A stretch of 64,000 nt of DNA from Nitrospirota bacterium. GTDB taxonomy: Bacteria > Nitrospirota > UBA9217. Location: assembly GCA_963754875.1 (NCBI GenBank), contig CAVWHO010000013.1:32001-96000 (forward strand), written 5' to 3'. Each line of letters starts with the position of its first letter. Position 1 is the stretch's first letter. A program made the translations under genes and the position numbers. This document shows positions 48,957-57,955 of the stretch, one piece after another. The notes under the pieces were generated by a model, which worked only from the letters and a program-made list of their open reading frames with translations, did not search any database and had not been told where the DNA came from.

Positions 48957-49693
48957 TACGTTCCTTTTTTTGGTGTGCGTTCCTTAAAATATTCTTTCAC
49001 TGCATCGGCAAGTAAAGCGGCAACTTTATCAAGCGAAGCGTCATCTATTGCGAATTGTTGTTTGGAAGTAGATGAGATGCGAAAATCTATCAGAATAGTA
49101 GGCAACTGTGCGTTTTTGAGAAGATAATCCTTCCCCCTGCGCAATTCGACACAGTCGTGTGATGATTCTTTAAATTTCCGTGAAACAATATCGGCTAGAA
49201 ATATACTTTCTTCTATGATGTCATCAACTTTAAGATCATTATATATTTTGTCCAGGAGAGGGTCTAGTTCTTCTGCTTTGGCAGTCTTGCTGCTAGTTTG
49301 TGGTTTTCTGATTGGGATAGATGGAAACAATATTTGCACGCAATCCTTACTTGCTCTGCTTACCTTGAGCGCAAGGTGAATGTCGGCTCTCTTTGACTTT
49401 CCCTGAAATAGTCTGTCATCAAGAGTAACAAACTTATCTTCGGAACGAGTAAGATAAATTTTGAATTCAGCTACATTTAGCAAACCTTGAAGTTTTTGAG
49501 CTATCTCGAGGGTTATATTCTTGCCATATTTTTTCTGTGCGATAAAGGGACCGCTTTCCTTCCCTCCATACCACGGGTCAATAATGATTGTCTTTTGACT
49601 ATTCGAAGATGTGTCAGCGCTGCTGGCGGCTAGTGGCCCGAGGAGTTGAATACAAAAGATAAATATTATAAAGGCAGCCAATTTATGTTTCAT
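48956..49693 (-). CDS. Cassette 3: secreted N-acetylmuramoyl-L-alanine amidase (Amidase_3)-like protein with degenerate Zn ligands
   Basis: Signal peptide; IIIDPWYGG, YLTRSEDKFVTLDDR and LLKNAQLPTILID. Confidence 0.75.
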   Translation of the reverse strand: MKHKLAAFIIFIFCIQLLGPLAASSADTSSNSQKTIIIDPWYGGKESGPFIAQKKYGKNITLEIAQKLQGLLNVAEFKIYLTRSEDKFVTLDDRLFQGKSKRADIHLALKVSRASKDCVQILFPSIPIRKPQTSSKTAKAEELDPLLDKIYNDLKVDDIIEESIFLADIVSRKFKESSHDCVELRRGKDYLLKNAQLPTILIDFRISSTSKQQFAIDDASLDKVAALLADAVKEYFKERTPKKGT

Positions 49694-49705
49694 ATTGATC
49701 CTCAA

Positions 49706-49759
49706 AACTAACGCCGACGTGAACGGCGCGAAGCGACCGTTTCGACGGCGTGGTTAAAA
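49706..49759 (-). other. attC site 2
   Basis: TTTTAAC-cacgccgtcgaa...ttcacgtcggc-GTTAGTT. Confidence 0.85.
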
Positions 49760-49780
49760 ATTCAGGGAGGATATATTCAA

Positions 49781-50047
49781 ATGGAAACATGGTACAAATA
49801 TTCATCATCAGCGTGGAGAAACGAACCGCACATTGTTCCGGTGCAGGTAGAAAAATCGTCTGCATCCTCTGTTTGGATCAATGGTAGGCCGGTGCGATTG
49901 CAGTCTACCTATGACAATTACTTCCGCACGTTCGATGAGGCGAAACAGTATGCAGTAAACAAATTCACAAAGCGAGTTGAACAACTCAAAGAACAGCTTT
50001 TGAGAGCAGAAGGTACGCTGAAAGAAGTACGGGATCAAACTATTTAA
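49781..50047 (+). CDS. Cassette 2: 88-aa hypothetical protein, antisense to the array
   Basis: SD gggagg; stop codon overlaps the cassette core site. Confidence 0.75.
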   Translation: METWYKYSSSAWRNEPHIVPVQVEKSSASSVWINGRPVRLQSTYDNYFRTFDEAKQYAVNKFTKRVEQLKEQLLRAEGTLKEVRDQTI

Positions 50048-50096
50048 CGCGGCGGTCACAAGCCGCAGGCGGTCTTTGTGGACCGCCTTGTTATCT
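50042..50096 (-). other. attC site 1
   Basis: AGATAAC-aaggcggtccac...gtgaccgccgc-GTTAAAT. Confidence 0.85.
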
Positions 50097-50119
50097 TTGT
50101 TGTAGAAAGGAGAAGCACA

Positions 50120-50299
50120 ATGTCGGAATCAAAATATGAATCATTTGCATCCATCAGCGAACTAAAGCCGGGCATGATAGTTCGCGGAAAATCAACCGGA
50201 CAGGCGTTTATGGTCATTGTAAACTTTGGGGACCGAGTTACCGCCGTAAGTACGGCAGACGTAACGAATCCCGATGAGTGGGAAGTTTTAAAAAAATAA
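50120..50299 (+). CDS. Cassette 1: 59-aa hypothetical protein, antisense to the array
   Basis: SD aaggag; TAA lies within the attI core. Confidence 0.7.
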   Translation: MSESKYESFASISELKPGMIVRGKSTGQAFMVIVNFGDRVTAVSTADVTNPDEWEVLKK

Positions 50300-50351
50300 C
50301 AAGTAATTAGTCTTTCGGGATACAGTAGCATAGAACGGGCAAGCCAGTCAA
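50294..50351 (-). promoter_or_regulatory. attI core (GTTATTT, 50300-50294) and candidate Pc promoter
   Basis: The core is complementary (1 mismatch) to the attC1 R'' AGATAAC. Minus strand TTGACT-18 nt-TACTGT. Confidence 0.6.
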
Positions 50352-50368
50352 TGAGTTTAAGAAAGAAC

Positions 50369-50397
50369 TTGACGTAACTTCCTGAAATCGTTATGCT
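50369..50397 (+). promoter_or_regulatory. Candidate intI promoter
   Basis: TTGACG-17 nt-TATGCT. Confidence 0.55.
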
Positions 50398-50488
50398 TGC
50401 ACAAAAAGACTAATATGCAAAATGACGGCAAGTTATATTATTGAAACTAATATGCAAAAACGGTATTCGCTATTTTGAGGAGAACTGC

Positions 50489-51916
50489 ATGCAGCCCATT
50501 CCAGAAGATATTCTGACGCCATTTAATGCAGTTTTGGCACAGAAGGCAGTCTCATCTTCGTTGCAAGACGAGTATCGGAAATGGCTTAAGTATTACCTTG
50601 ATTTCCGGGTAAAGTATCCGCCGCCGGACAGTAAATCCGAACAGGTCCGCTTGTTTATCGAAAAGATGCGCTCAAAGGGAAAGTCCGGAAAGGATTTGCA
50701 TCATGCCGCACATGCGTTGTCGCTCTTTTTCTCGCTGCAATCCCATAAAAAACAAGCTGCGTCGCATGCCGAACGCGTAAGAGAGGAACTCTCCGCTGGT
50801 ACCTTGACCGGCCCGATAACACGGCGCGATGGGGAAAAGCGCTCCCTTGAACGGACTGCTGGGAGGGATATCACCTCGGCAATCAGAGTTCCGACGGCCA
50901 ACCGCCCGGGCAGAAAGTACGACGAGTGGTGGTGTTTGGAGAAGACGAAATCCCCGGCCTGGGACGCGATCATCGATAAACTGGCAGGGGAGATCAAGAC
51001 GCGGCATTATTCACGGAAGACGCTCAAGGCCTATGCGGACTGGTCCCGTAAATTTCAGATCTATCTGAAGGACAAGCCGCCGGACGGCCTGTCTGCCGAA
51101 GACGTGAAGGCGTATCTCACGTACCTCGCGGTTCGATCCAAAGTGTCGGCATCGACCCAGAACCAGGCGTTCAATGCATTATTATTCCTGTTTCGGCATA
51201 TTCTGAAGAAGGATTTCGGAGATCACAAGGACACGCCGCGCGCGAAAAAATCGAGTTATATCCCCGTTGTTCTGACGAGAAAAGAGGTCGATGCAGTGAT
51301 CGGCCGGCTTCCGCCGCCCTATGATCTGGTGGTGAAGCTTCTGTACGGGTGCGGGCTCCGGCTGTTCGAATGCCTGAAACTCCGTGTGCAGAACTTCAAT
51401 TTCGACGAAGGGGTGCTTCTGATCATGGACGGCAAGGGGAAGAAGGCGCGCACGGTCCCAATTCCGCAGGTGATCGTGCAGGAACTGCTGGCGCAGCTTG
51501 AAGCGGTCAAGCAACTTCACGACCAGGACCTGAGGGCCGGATATTCGGGGGTGTTTCTCGACGACGCGCTGGATAAAAAATACAGGAATGCTTCGAAAGA
51601 TTTCATCTGGCAATGGTTCTTCCCGCAACAGTCCCTGACCTTCCTGCAGGAAACGAATGAGCTGCGGCGGTATCATTTAACCGACAAGGACGTGCAGGGG
51701 CCGCTATACACCGCGGTCCGGAAGGCGAAGCTCACGAAGCGCGTCACTTCCCATACCTTCCGCCATTCCTTTGCCACGCATCTCCTGCAGGCCAACTATG
51801 ATATCCGCACGATCCAGGAAATGCTTGGCCATGCCGATGTGAGAACGACGATGATCTATACGCACTGCGTGCCGAGCAGGACCGCAAAAGAGCGGAAAAG
51901 CCCGCTGGATTTTTGA
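50489..51916 (+). CDS. intI: Integron integrase with a long N-terminal extension (475 aa)
   Basis: ASTQNQAFNALLFLF, LLYGCGLR, the IntI-specific patch KYRNASKDFIWQWFFP, HTFRHSFATHLL and LGHADVRTTMIYTH. Confidence 0.95.
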   Translation: MQPIPEDILTPFNAVLAQKAVSSSLQDEYRKWLKYYLDFRVKYPPPDSKSEQVRLFIEKMRSKGKSGKDLHHAAHALSLFFSLQSHKKQAASHAERVREELSAGTLTGPITRRDGEKRSLERTAGRDITSAIRVPTANRPGRKYDEWWCLEKTKSPAWDAIIDKLAGEIKTRHYSRKTLKAYADWSRKFQIYLKDKPPDGLSAEDVKAYLTYLAVRSKVSASTQNQAFNALLFLFRHILKKDFGDHKDTPRAKKSSYIPVVLTRKEVDAVIGRLPPPYDLVVKLLYGCGLRLFECLKLRVQNFNFDEGVLLIMDGKGKKARTVPIPQVIVQELLAQLEAVKQLHDQDLRAGYSGVFLDDALDKKYRNASKDFIWQWFFPQQSLTFLQETNELRRYHLTDKDVQGPLYTAVRKAKLTKRVTSHTFRHSFATHLLQANYDIRTIQEMLGHADVRTTMIYTHCVPSRTAKERKSPLDF

Positions 51917-51917
51917 A

Positions 51918-52435
51918 TTACACCTTCAAATACCTCTCCACCTCGTTCGCCCATGCTTTGTAACCTTTGTTCGCCAGATGTACGCCGTCGTCTGACAGAT
52001 ACCCGCTTAGGGGAAATCCTTTTTCATCCACGAAGAGGCGGTAAACGTCGAGATAATCCGCGTTATACTCGCGTGCAATCTCCCTGAGATGGACGTTCGT
52101 GTCTATGATGACGTTGTTGCTGATCCACGTGAACCCGACAGGCAGGATGCTCTGGATGACGATTTTTGACTTTTTGTACCACGTGGTCAGGTTGCGGACG
52201 ATTTCTCGGTAGGGGACCAGGATGTCATTACGCCCGTTGGCGATGTTGTTGATGCCGGTCATGAGGAAGATGAAGTCGGGGGTATCTACTGTCGCGCGGA
52301 TGCGCTCCCTGCGGGCCAGGAGGCCTTCCACGGTTTCTCCTGAGATCCCGAGGTTCATGACGCGGTGTCCGGGAAAGCGGCCTTCCCAGTCGAACCATTG
52401 GGTCAGGGAGTCGCCGATGAAATGAGGTTTGACAT
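51918..52435 (-). CDS. SGNH/GDSL hydrolase with an apparent 1-nt deletion just after the start (~52420)
   Basis: FIGDSLT lies upstream of the tracked start; GINN and DDGVHL follow. ATG 52435 is out of frame by one T in a homopolymer. Confidence 0.75.
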
Positions 52436-52633
52436 AAAAAAGACACCTACGGATTTTTTAATTTGCCATTCCCTGTAGCTTGGATCCCTCCACCTTGACA
52501 GGGGAGGTGAGGTGGGGTGTTGAGCATGAGCGCCGGATATTTCACCCTCCCCTTAGTCTCCTCCCATCGTAGGGAGGGGAGAGTTAAAAGCCCAGATAAC
52601 CCGTCAGGTTGCTGCGGGGCGCTTCAATGACTG

Positions 52634-52942
52634 TTAACGCTCTCGCTGGATCGCCTGCTTCAACATTTCCACTGACGGCACGTTGCTGAGCCTCCCGGAC
52701 TCATCCAGATACATCCTTCAGGTGATCCCCGGCGAATTGCCCCCTTCGAATGCGTCCGCTCCATTGATCCAGATGGAAGGGGAGCCCTTGATATTGCGGC
52801 TGACGGCGTCGTCGTAATAGATGGTCTGGTAATTGACGTCAATATTGACGGCCAATTCTGCCAGTGCTCGGTCCACGTTTTCGCGGATCTTGTAGTAGGA
52901 GCCGCAAATCTCAGACATATAAACATCGATCCTGATTGCCAT
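52634..52942 (-). CDS. Thioredoxin-fold (DUF2703/DF-family-like) putative selenoprotein, UGA at 52720-52718
   Basis: SEICGSY...GSPSIWING...PGIT-UGA-RMYLDESGRLSNVPSVEMLKQAIQRER. The UGA sits at the Cys of the family's C-R-x-Y motif. Confidence 0.8.
52687..52703 (-). promoter_or_regulatory. Candidate SECIS
   Basis: tgag(t)cc-GGGA-ggctca, with the loop 21 nt after the UGA. Confidence 0.55.
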
Positions 52943-52953
52943 GACGATGGAAC

Positions 52954-53184
52954 CTATCCTACATGGATGATCTGGACCGGGCATGAGTCTGCTGCTTCCT
53001 TTACCTTGTCCAGGAGATCAGCCGGCGCTTCCCCCTGGGCCGGGTCATTGCTCACCCGGTATTTCGGTGTGACCTCGCTCCAGCTGTCGACGGTGTTCTG
53101 CTGAAAGAATTCCGGGCACGTGGCCCAGCAGGATTCGCAGCTGATGCATTCTTCCCGGTCGATCGTGACTTTTGTGTTTGCCAT
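52954..53184 (-). CDS. Single-cluster ferredoxin
   Basis: CISCESCWATCP...AADSCPVQII. Confidence 0.9.
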   Translation of the reverse strand: MANTKVTIDREECISCESCWATCPEFFQQNTVDSWSEVTPKYRVSNDPAQGEAPADLLDKVKEAADSCPVQIIHVG

Positions 53185-53245
53185 GACGCACCTCTCCTCT
53201 GTTGAAGTATCAAGATGACGCGGTCAAGAGACCGCGGTTCTGTTG

Positions 53246-53560
53246 TTATTTCTTTTCCAGCACGTCTTCGGCCCACGAGAGCGCGGCCGAGACGTTCGGG
53301 AAGCCGATGGTGCTGGTGAGCAGGATGATCGCGTGTCTGATCTCGTCCGGTTTCGCGCCGGCTGCAAGGGCCCGTCGTACGTGGGAGTGGACCGAACCTT
53401 CGGACCTCACGGATGCTGCTGCGGCCAGCTGGATGAGCCTCGCCGTCTTCTCATTCAGCGGTCCCGCGGCTTTTGTGGCCTTGCCGAGGTTTTCGACGGC
53501 CTTTATAACGCCTTTATATTTTTTCTGGATCCCCACATATTGCGCAGGCAATTTCGGCAT
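53246..53560 (-). CDS. Carboxymuconolactone decarboxylase family protein
   Basis: GPLNEKTARLI, VHSHVRRAL and TIGFP. Confidence 0.88.
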   Translation of the reverse strand: MPKLPAQYVGIQKKYKGVIKAVENLGKATKAAGPLNEKTARLIQLAAAASVRSEGSVHSHVRRALAAGAKPDEIRHAIILLTSTIGFPNVSAALSWAEDVLEKK

Positions 53561-53791
53561 ATGGTGTCTCCTCTCGTGCGGCGGCTTGTCTGGAGTGGTG
53601 CGATTGCGGAGTATGAATAGTATTAAGTGTAGGCAAGAAAAGAGCAGTAGTCAAGGACAGGGGCGCTTTTTCCGGATATGCGGGGGAAAATGCATTTTTG
53701 AAAGACATTGGTCCCTCGTCTTCCAAGTCCTCGGCTTTGCAAGCGTCTCTTGTCGTTTGACTGTGAAACACCCCTGTGCTACGCTCCTACT

Positions 53792-54676
53792 ATGGACTCT
53801 GCAGCTTACCTTTGCAAGGTTGTGACCGCACTTGCCCAAGACATCGGTGTCCGGAGCTACCGTGATCGTGATCAGCTCAGGAAGGCGGTTGATTTCATCG
53901 CCGGACAGTTTGAGTCGTTCGGCTATTCTACTTCCCGACAGCCCTTCCCGTATAACGGGACTACCTATTACAACCTCATTGCAGAACTGACCGGAGCAGA
54001 ATCGCCGGAGGACATCCTCGTCGTCGGCGCGCATTACGATACCGTCAGTACGACGCCGGGCGCCGACGACAATGCGAGCGGAGTTGCCGGTATGCTTGAA
54101 CTGGCGCGGACGCTTGCCGGGAGCCGGCCTGCGAAGACGGTGCGATTCGCGGCCTTCGCGCTTGAGGAACCGCCTGCATACCGTACGAGAAATATGGGCA
54201 GCTATCATTACGCCAGAACATTGCGCGAAAACAAAGAGCAAATTGCGGGGATGATCTGTCTTGAAATGATCGGCTATTTCTGCGACCGGCCGGGCTGCCA
54301 GAGTTACCCTTTCCCGTTCATGTCCCTGATGTTTCCTAAAAGGGGAGACTTTATCTCCTTGGTCGGGAACATGAGGTCAAAGAGCTTTACCCAGATGATC
54401 TCGAAAGAATTTCGCAAGGCCGTCGACCTCCCGGCAGTAACCTTGAACGCGCCAGCGATCGTCATGGGCATCGACTTTTCGGACCACTGGTCCTTCAATA
54501 AGTTTAAATATCCGGCGCTTATGGTAACCGACACGGCCTTTTACCGGAACCCGCACTACCACGCTCTTTCGGACCTGCCGGATTCTCTGGATTATGAGCG
54601 AATGGCGAAGGTCACGTCAGGATTGGCTTCAGCAATTGCGGCCTGGGGCAGCGCCAGCTTGCACAAAGAAGTTTGA
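53792..54676 (+). CDS. M28 family metallopeptidase
   Basis: GAHYD, GADDNASG, LEE, SDH and YH. Confidence 0.9.
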   Translation: MDSAAYLCKVVTALAQDIGVRSYRDRDQLRKAVDFIAGQFESFGYSTSRQPFPYNGTTYYNLIAELTGAESPEDILVVGAHYDTVSTTPGADDNASGVAGMLELARTLAGSRPAKTVRFAAFALEEPPAYRTRNMGSYHYARTLRENKEQIAGMICLEMIGYFCDRPGCQSYPFPFMSLMFPKRGDFISLVGNMRSKSFTQMISKEFRKAVDLPAVTLNAPAIVMGIDFSDHWSFNKFKYPALMVTDTAFYRNPHYHALSDLPDSLDYERMAKVTSGLASAIAAWGSASLHKEV

Positions 54677-54789
54677 GTTGGAAATGATGGCATGAGCGGC
54701 CTGGCGCATCGTACCTTGTATTGACAATCGATTCTCCTCCGTGTATGTTATCATTGTCTTGGAAATCATTTTGATATGAGGAGGTCACG

Positions 54790-55056
54790 ATGCGCATCCT
54801 CGGCATAGCGCTGGTCCTGCTGTTTCTATTTTCTCCGGCGATGACCCGCGCTGACGATGAAAAATCGGCAAAGGAAGGCTTCAAGGAAGTCCACGAAGGC
54901 ATGAAGAAAGTGGTCAAGGCCGTGGACAAGAACGCCAAAAAAGGGTGGAAGGCTGTTGACCGGCAGGCGAAGAAGGACTGGAAGACGGTTGACAAAGAGG
55001 CGAAGAAGACCTGGAAGAAGGCTGGAACGGACATAAAAAAAGCAACTAAGGATTGA
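54790..55056 (+). CDS. Small secreted Lys-rich protein with 11-aa repeats
   Basis: SD gaggagg; signal peptide; KAVDKNAKKGW / KAVDRQAKKDW / KTVDKEAKKTW. Confidence 0.8.
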   Translation: MRILGIALVLLFLFSPAMTRADDEKSAKEGFKEVHEGMKKVVKAVDKNAKKGWKAVDRQAKKDWKTVDKEAKKTWKKAGTDIKKATKD

Positions 55057-55179
55057 TGGGCTTGATTGGCGCCTTGCGACGATCTTCTCGAAAATCCCGA
55101 TTGACTTTCCCGCCCCGCCATTATATGCTGTCGCCGCTCGCTGCCGTTTTCCGAGGACCCTTCCCGCACGAGGCTTGAC

Positions 55180-57795
55180 ATGATCCTGAACAAAATCCAG
55201 GAAGCCGCAGAACGATACCCGGGCACCATTGCCGTCCAGATGAAGATCGGCGACCAGTATCAGCAATACGCTTACCGACAGGTGTTGCGCCGGATCGCCT
55301 CCGCAACGCAGTCCCTGTCCAGCCGCGGTATCGAAAAGGGGGACCGGATCGCGCTCCTTTCCGAGAACCGGCCCGAGTGGATGTTTGCTTACCTTGCCAC
55401 GGTATCGCTGGGCGCGGTCATTGTGCCGCTCGACGCGCAGCTTACGGAAAAAGAGGTAGCTCTGCTCCTGGCAAGCTCGGGGGCAAAGGCCGTTTTCGTA
55501 TCATCAGCGACAATTCAGAAACTTCCCCGCAGCGGTCCTCTCACGGTCATCTCTTTTGACCCGGGCAGCGGCGTTCCGTTCCCCGATATGCTCACTGCCC
55601 GTCCCGATGCTCAGCTTCCGCCTGCTCCCGCATCGGGAGACCTGGCCGCTCTCCTGTACACCTCCGGCACGACCGGAGACCCGAAGGGCGTTATGCTGTC
55701 TCACGGAAACCTGGCGTCAAACTGCGTGAGCTGCACGAAGCTTGACCTCGTTCACCCCGACGATAACATGCTCTGCCTGCTCCCGCTGCACCATACCTAT
55801 CCCGCCATGGCGGCCATGCTGCTGTGCTTTTCGACCGGGGCCACGGTCACGCTTCTGAACAGCCTCAAAGGCCCGGACATCCTGGCATGCATGCAGGAGA
55901 CGAAGGTCAGCATCCTGCTCGGCGTGCCGCAGCTGTTTACGGGACTCCGCCGCGCCATCTTCGATGCGATCCAGAAGAAGCCGGCGCCCGTGCGGCTGCT
56001 GGTCGGGCTTCTCCTGAGGTTGAACGGGCTGCTCAGGAGGACCGTGGATGTGAACATCGGCAGGGCCGCGTTCGGTAAAGTGCACGCGATGTTCGGCCCG
56101 GCGTTCAGGCTCTTTGCGAGCGGCGGGGCCCGGCTCGATCCCGGACGTGTACACCGACATGACCAACCTCGGGTTCACGGTCATTGAAGGGTACGGCCTG
56201 ACGGAGACCTCGCCGGTGTCCACCTTTAACCCGCTTTCGAAACAGAAAGCCGGTTCCATCGGCATCCCGGTACCGGGTGTGGAGGTCAGGATCGCGGACC
56301 CCGATGAGAACGGCCAGGGCGAGATCGCGATCCGCGGCGCCAACGTGATGCTGGGATACTACAAGAAGCCGCAGGACACGGCGGAGGTGCTCCGGGACGG
56401 CTGGTTCTACAGCGGGGACCTCGGCTACCAGCGACAAGGACGGCTATTTTTTCATCACCGGCAGGTCCAAGGAAATGATCGTGCTCGCGACGGGGAAAAA
56501 GATCTTTCCTGATGAGCTCGAGAAGTTTTACAAACAGATCCCGTCCATCAAGGAAATCTGCCTGCTCCAGGGCGACCGCGGACTCGAGGCTGCGGTGGTG
56601 CCGGACTTCGAATATCTCCGGAAGATGAACCTGTCCAACTCCCGGGAGACGATCGCCTTCGAGATCGAGGACCTTGCCAAGGACCTTCCGCCGTACAAGC
56701 GGATCACGGGGCTGAAAATTTTTAAAGACCCGCTCCCGGTCACGAGGCTCGGCAAGCTGAGAAGGAGCAAGGTAAGGGAACTTTATGCAACGGGCGGCGA
56801 GCGCGCCGAGAAGGCAGTGCAGGAAATCGACGCAGGCCTTTTGCAGGACCCCGTGACCCGGAAGCTGCTGGCATGCCTCGAACCTTTTTCCTCGAAGAAG
56901 AACAACATCGTGCCCGACGACAATCTTGAACTGGACCTCGGTCTTGACTCGCTCGCACGTGTGGAACTGGTCGTGAGCATCGAGAAATCGTTCGGCATCG
57001 CGGTCCCCGAATCCTTCGGTTCCGAGGTCTTCACTGTCAGGGACGTGGTCCAGAAGATCAAGGACCTGCTTGCTGCGGGACCGATTGCGGCGGGGGAAAA
57101 TGTGAAAATGTCCTGGTCGGAAATTCTGGCGCTGGAGCCGTCGACAGATCTGACATCATCGCTGAGGTTCGATCCCGGAGCCGCTGCTCAACGTTGCGCG
57201 CTCTATTCTTAAAATCGCACTTAACCTTATATTCACCGTCTATGGCCGGCTTTCAGTCCGGGGCACGGAACATCTGCCTTCGAAGGGGCCCTATATCCTC
57301 GCGCCGAACCACCTGAGCCTTGCTGATGCTCCTGCGGTCGTTGCCGCACTATCCCGGCATGTTGCTTTCCAAACGTTTTTCCTCGGGACGACCGATTACT
57401 TCGGCGGTCCGCTCTCTTCCAAAATCGCCGGCGACTTCAACGTGATCCCCGTGGACATGGATACGCGACTTTACGGCGCAATGCAGTTGTCGGCCTACGT
57501 ACTTCGGCACAACAAGGTCCTGTGCGTCTTCCCGGAGGGGGGGCGCTCGCGCGATGGTCACATCAAGGAATTCAAAAAGGGCGTCGGCATTATCGCAAAA
57601 GAATTGAACATCCCGATCATACCGGTCGCAATCAGGGGGACCTATGAAATGCTGCCGGCCGGCAGGAGGTTCCCGAAGCCCGTCCGGATCAGCGTAACGT
57701 TCGACAAGCCGGTTTACCCCGAAGAGAAAGATTACGACGAGATCGTGAAAACGTTGTACAACCGGGTGGTTGAGTTGCTGGAACGGGAGCATTAG
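55180..57795 (+). pseudogene. Acyl-CoA synthetase + acyl carrier + PlsC acyltransferase fusion with three +1 frameshifts (~56140, ~56428, ~57180)
   Basis: YTSGTTGDPKG; EGYGLTE; GDLGY/DGYFFITGR; LGLDSL; NHLSLAD and FPEGGRS occur in successive frames. Confidence 0.8.
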
Positions 57796-57850
57796 ACACG
57801 AATTCTTCTCATTACGATCGCTCTGTTGTTTTCAAAATAGCATCCAAAAC

Positions 57851-57922
57851 GTCATTCCGGGCTTGACCCGGAATCCAGAAACTTTTTGCAGAATCCTGGA
57901 TTCCTGCCTTCGCAGGAATGAC
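57851..57922. repeat. GTCATTCC...GGAATGAC REP-like palindrome
   Basis: Near copy of 709-782. Confidence 0.75.
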
Positions 57923-57955
57923 GAACTAGAGGTTCGGGTCATGGACGAGGAAAAA

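Larger units (their letters stand above)
45983..51916. mobile_element. Complete integron: intI, attI and six cassettes
   Basis: IntI is divergent from an AT-richer array punctuated by six attC palindromes. Confidence 0.92.

Noticed and set aside
52486..52582. CCCTCCCC/GGGGAGGG palindromes (also 39376-39416) as ncRNA
   Set aside because: They look like degenerate copies of a common intergenic REP-like family, with nothing specific to support an RNA gene.
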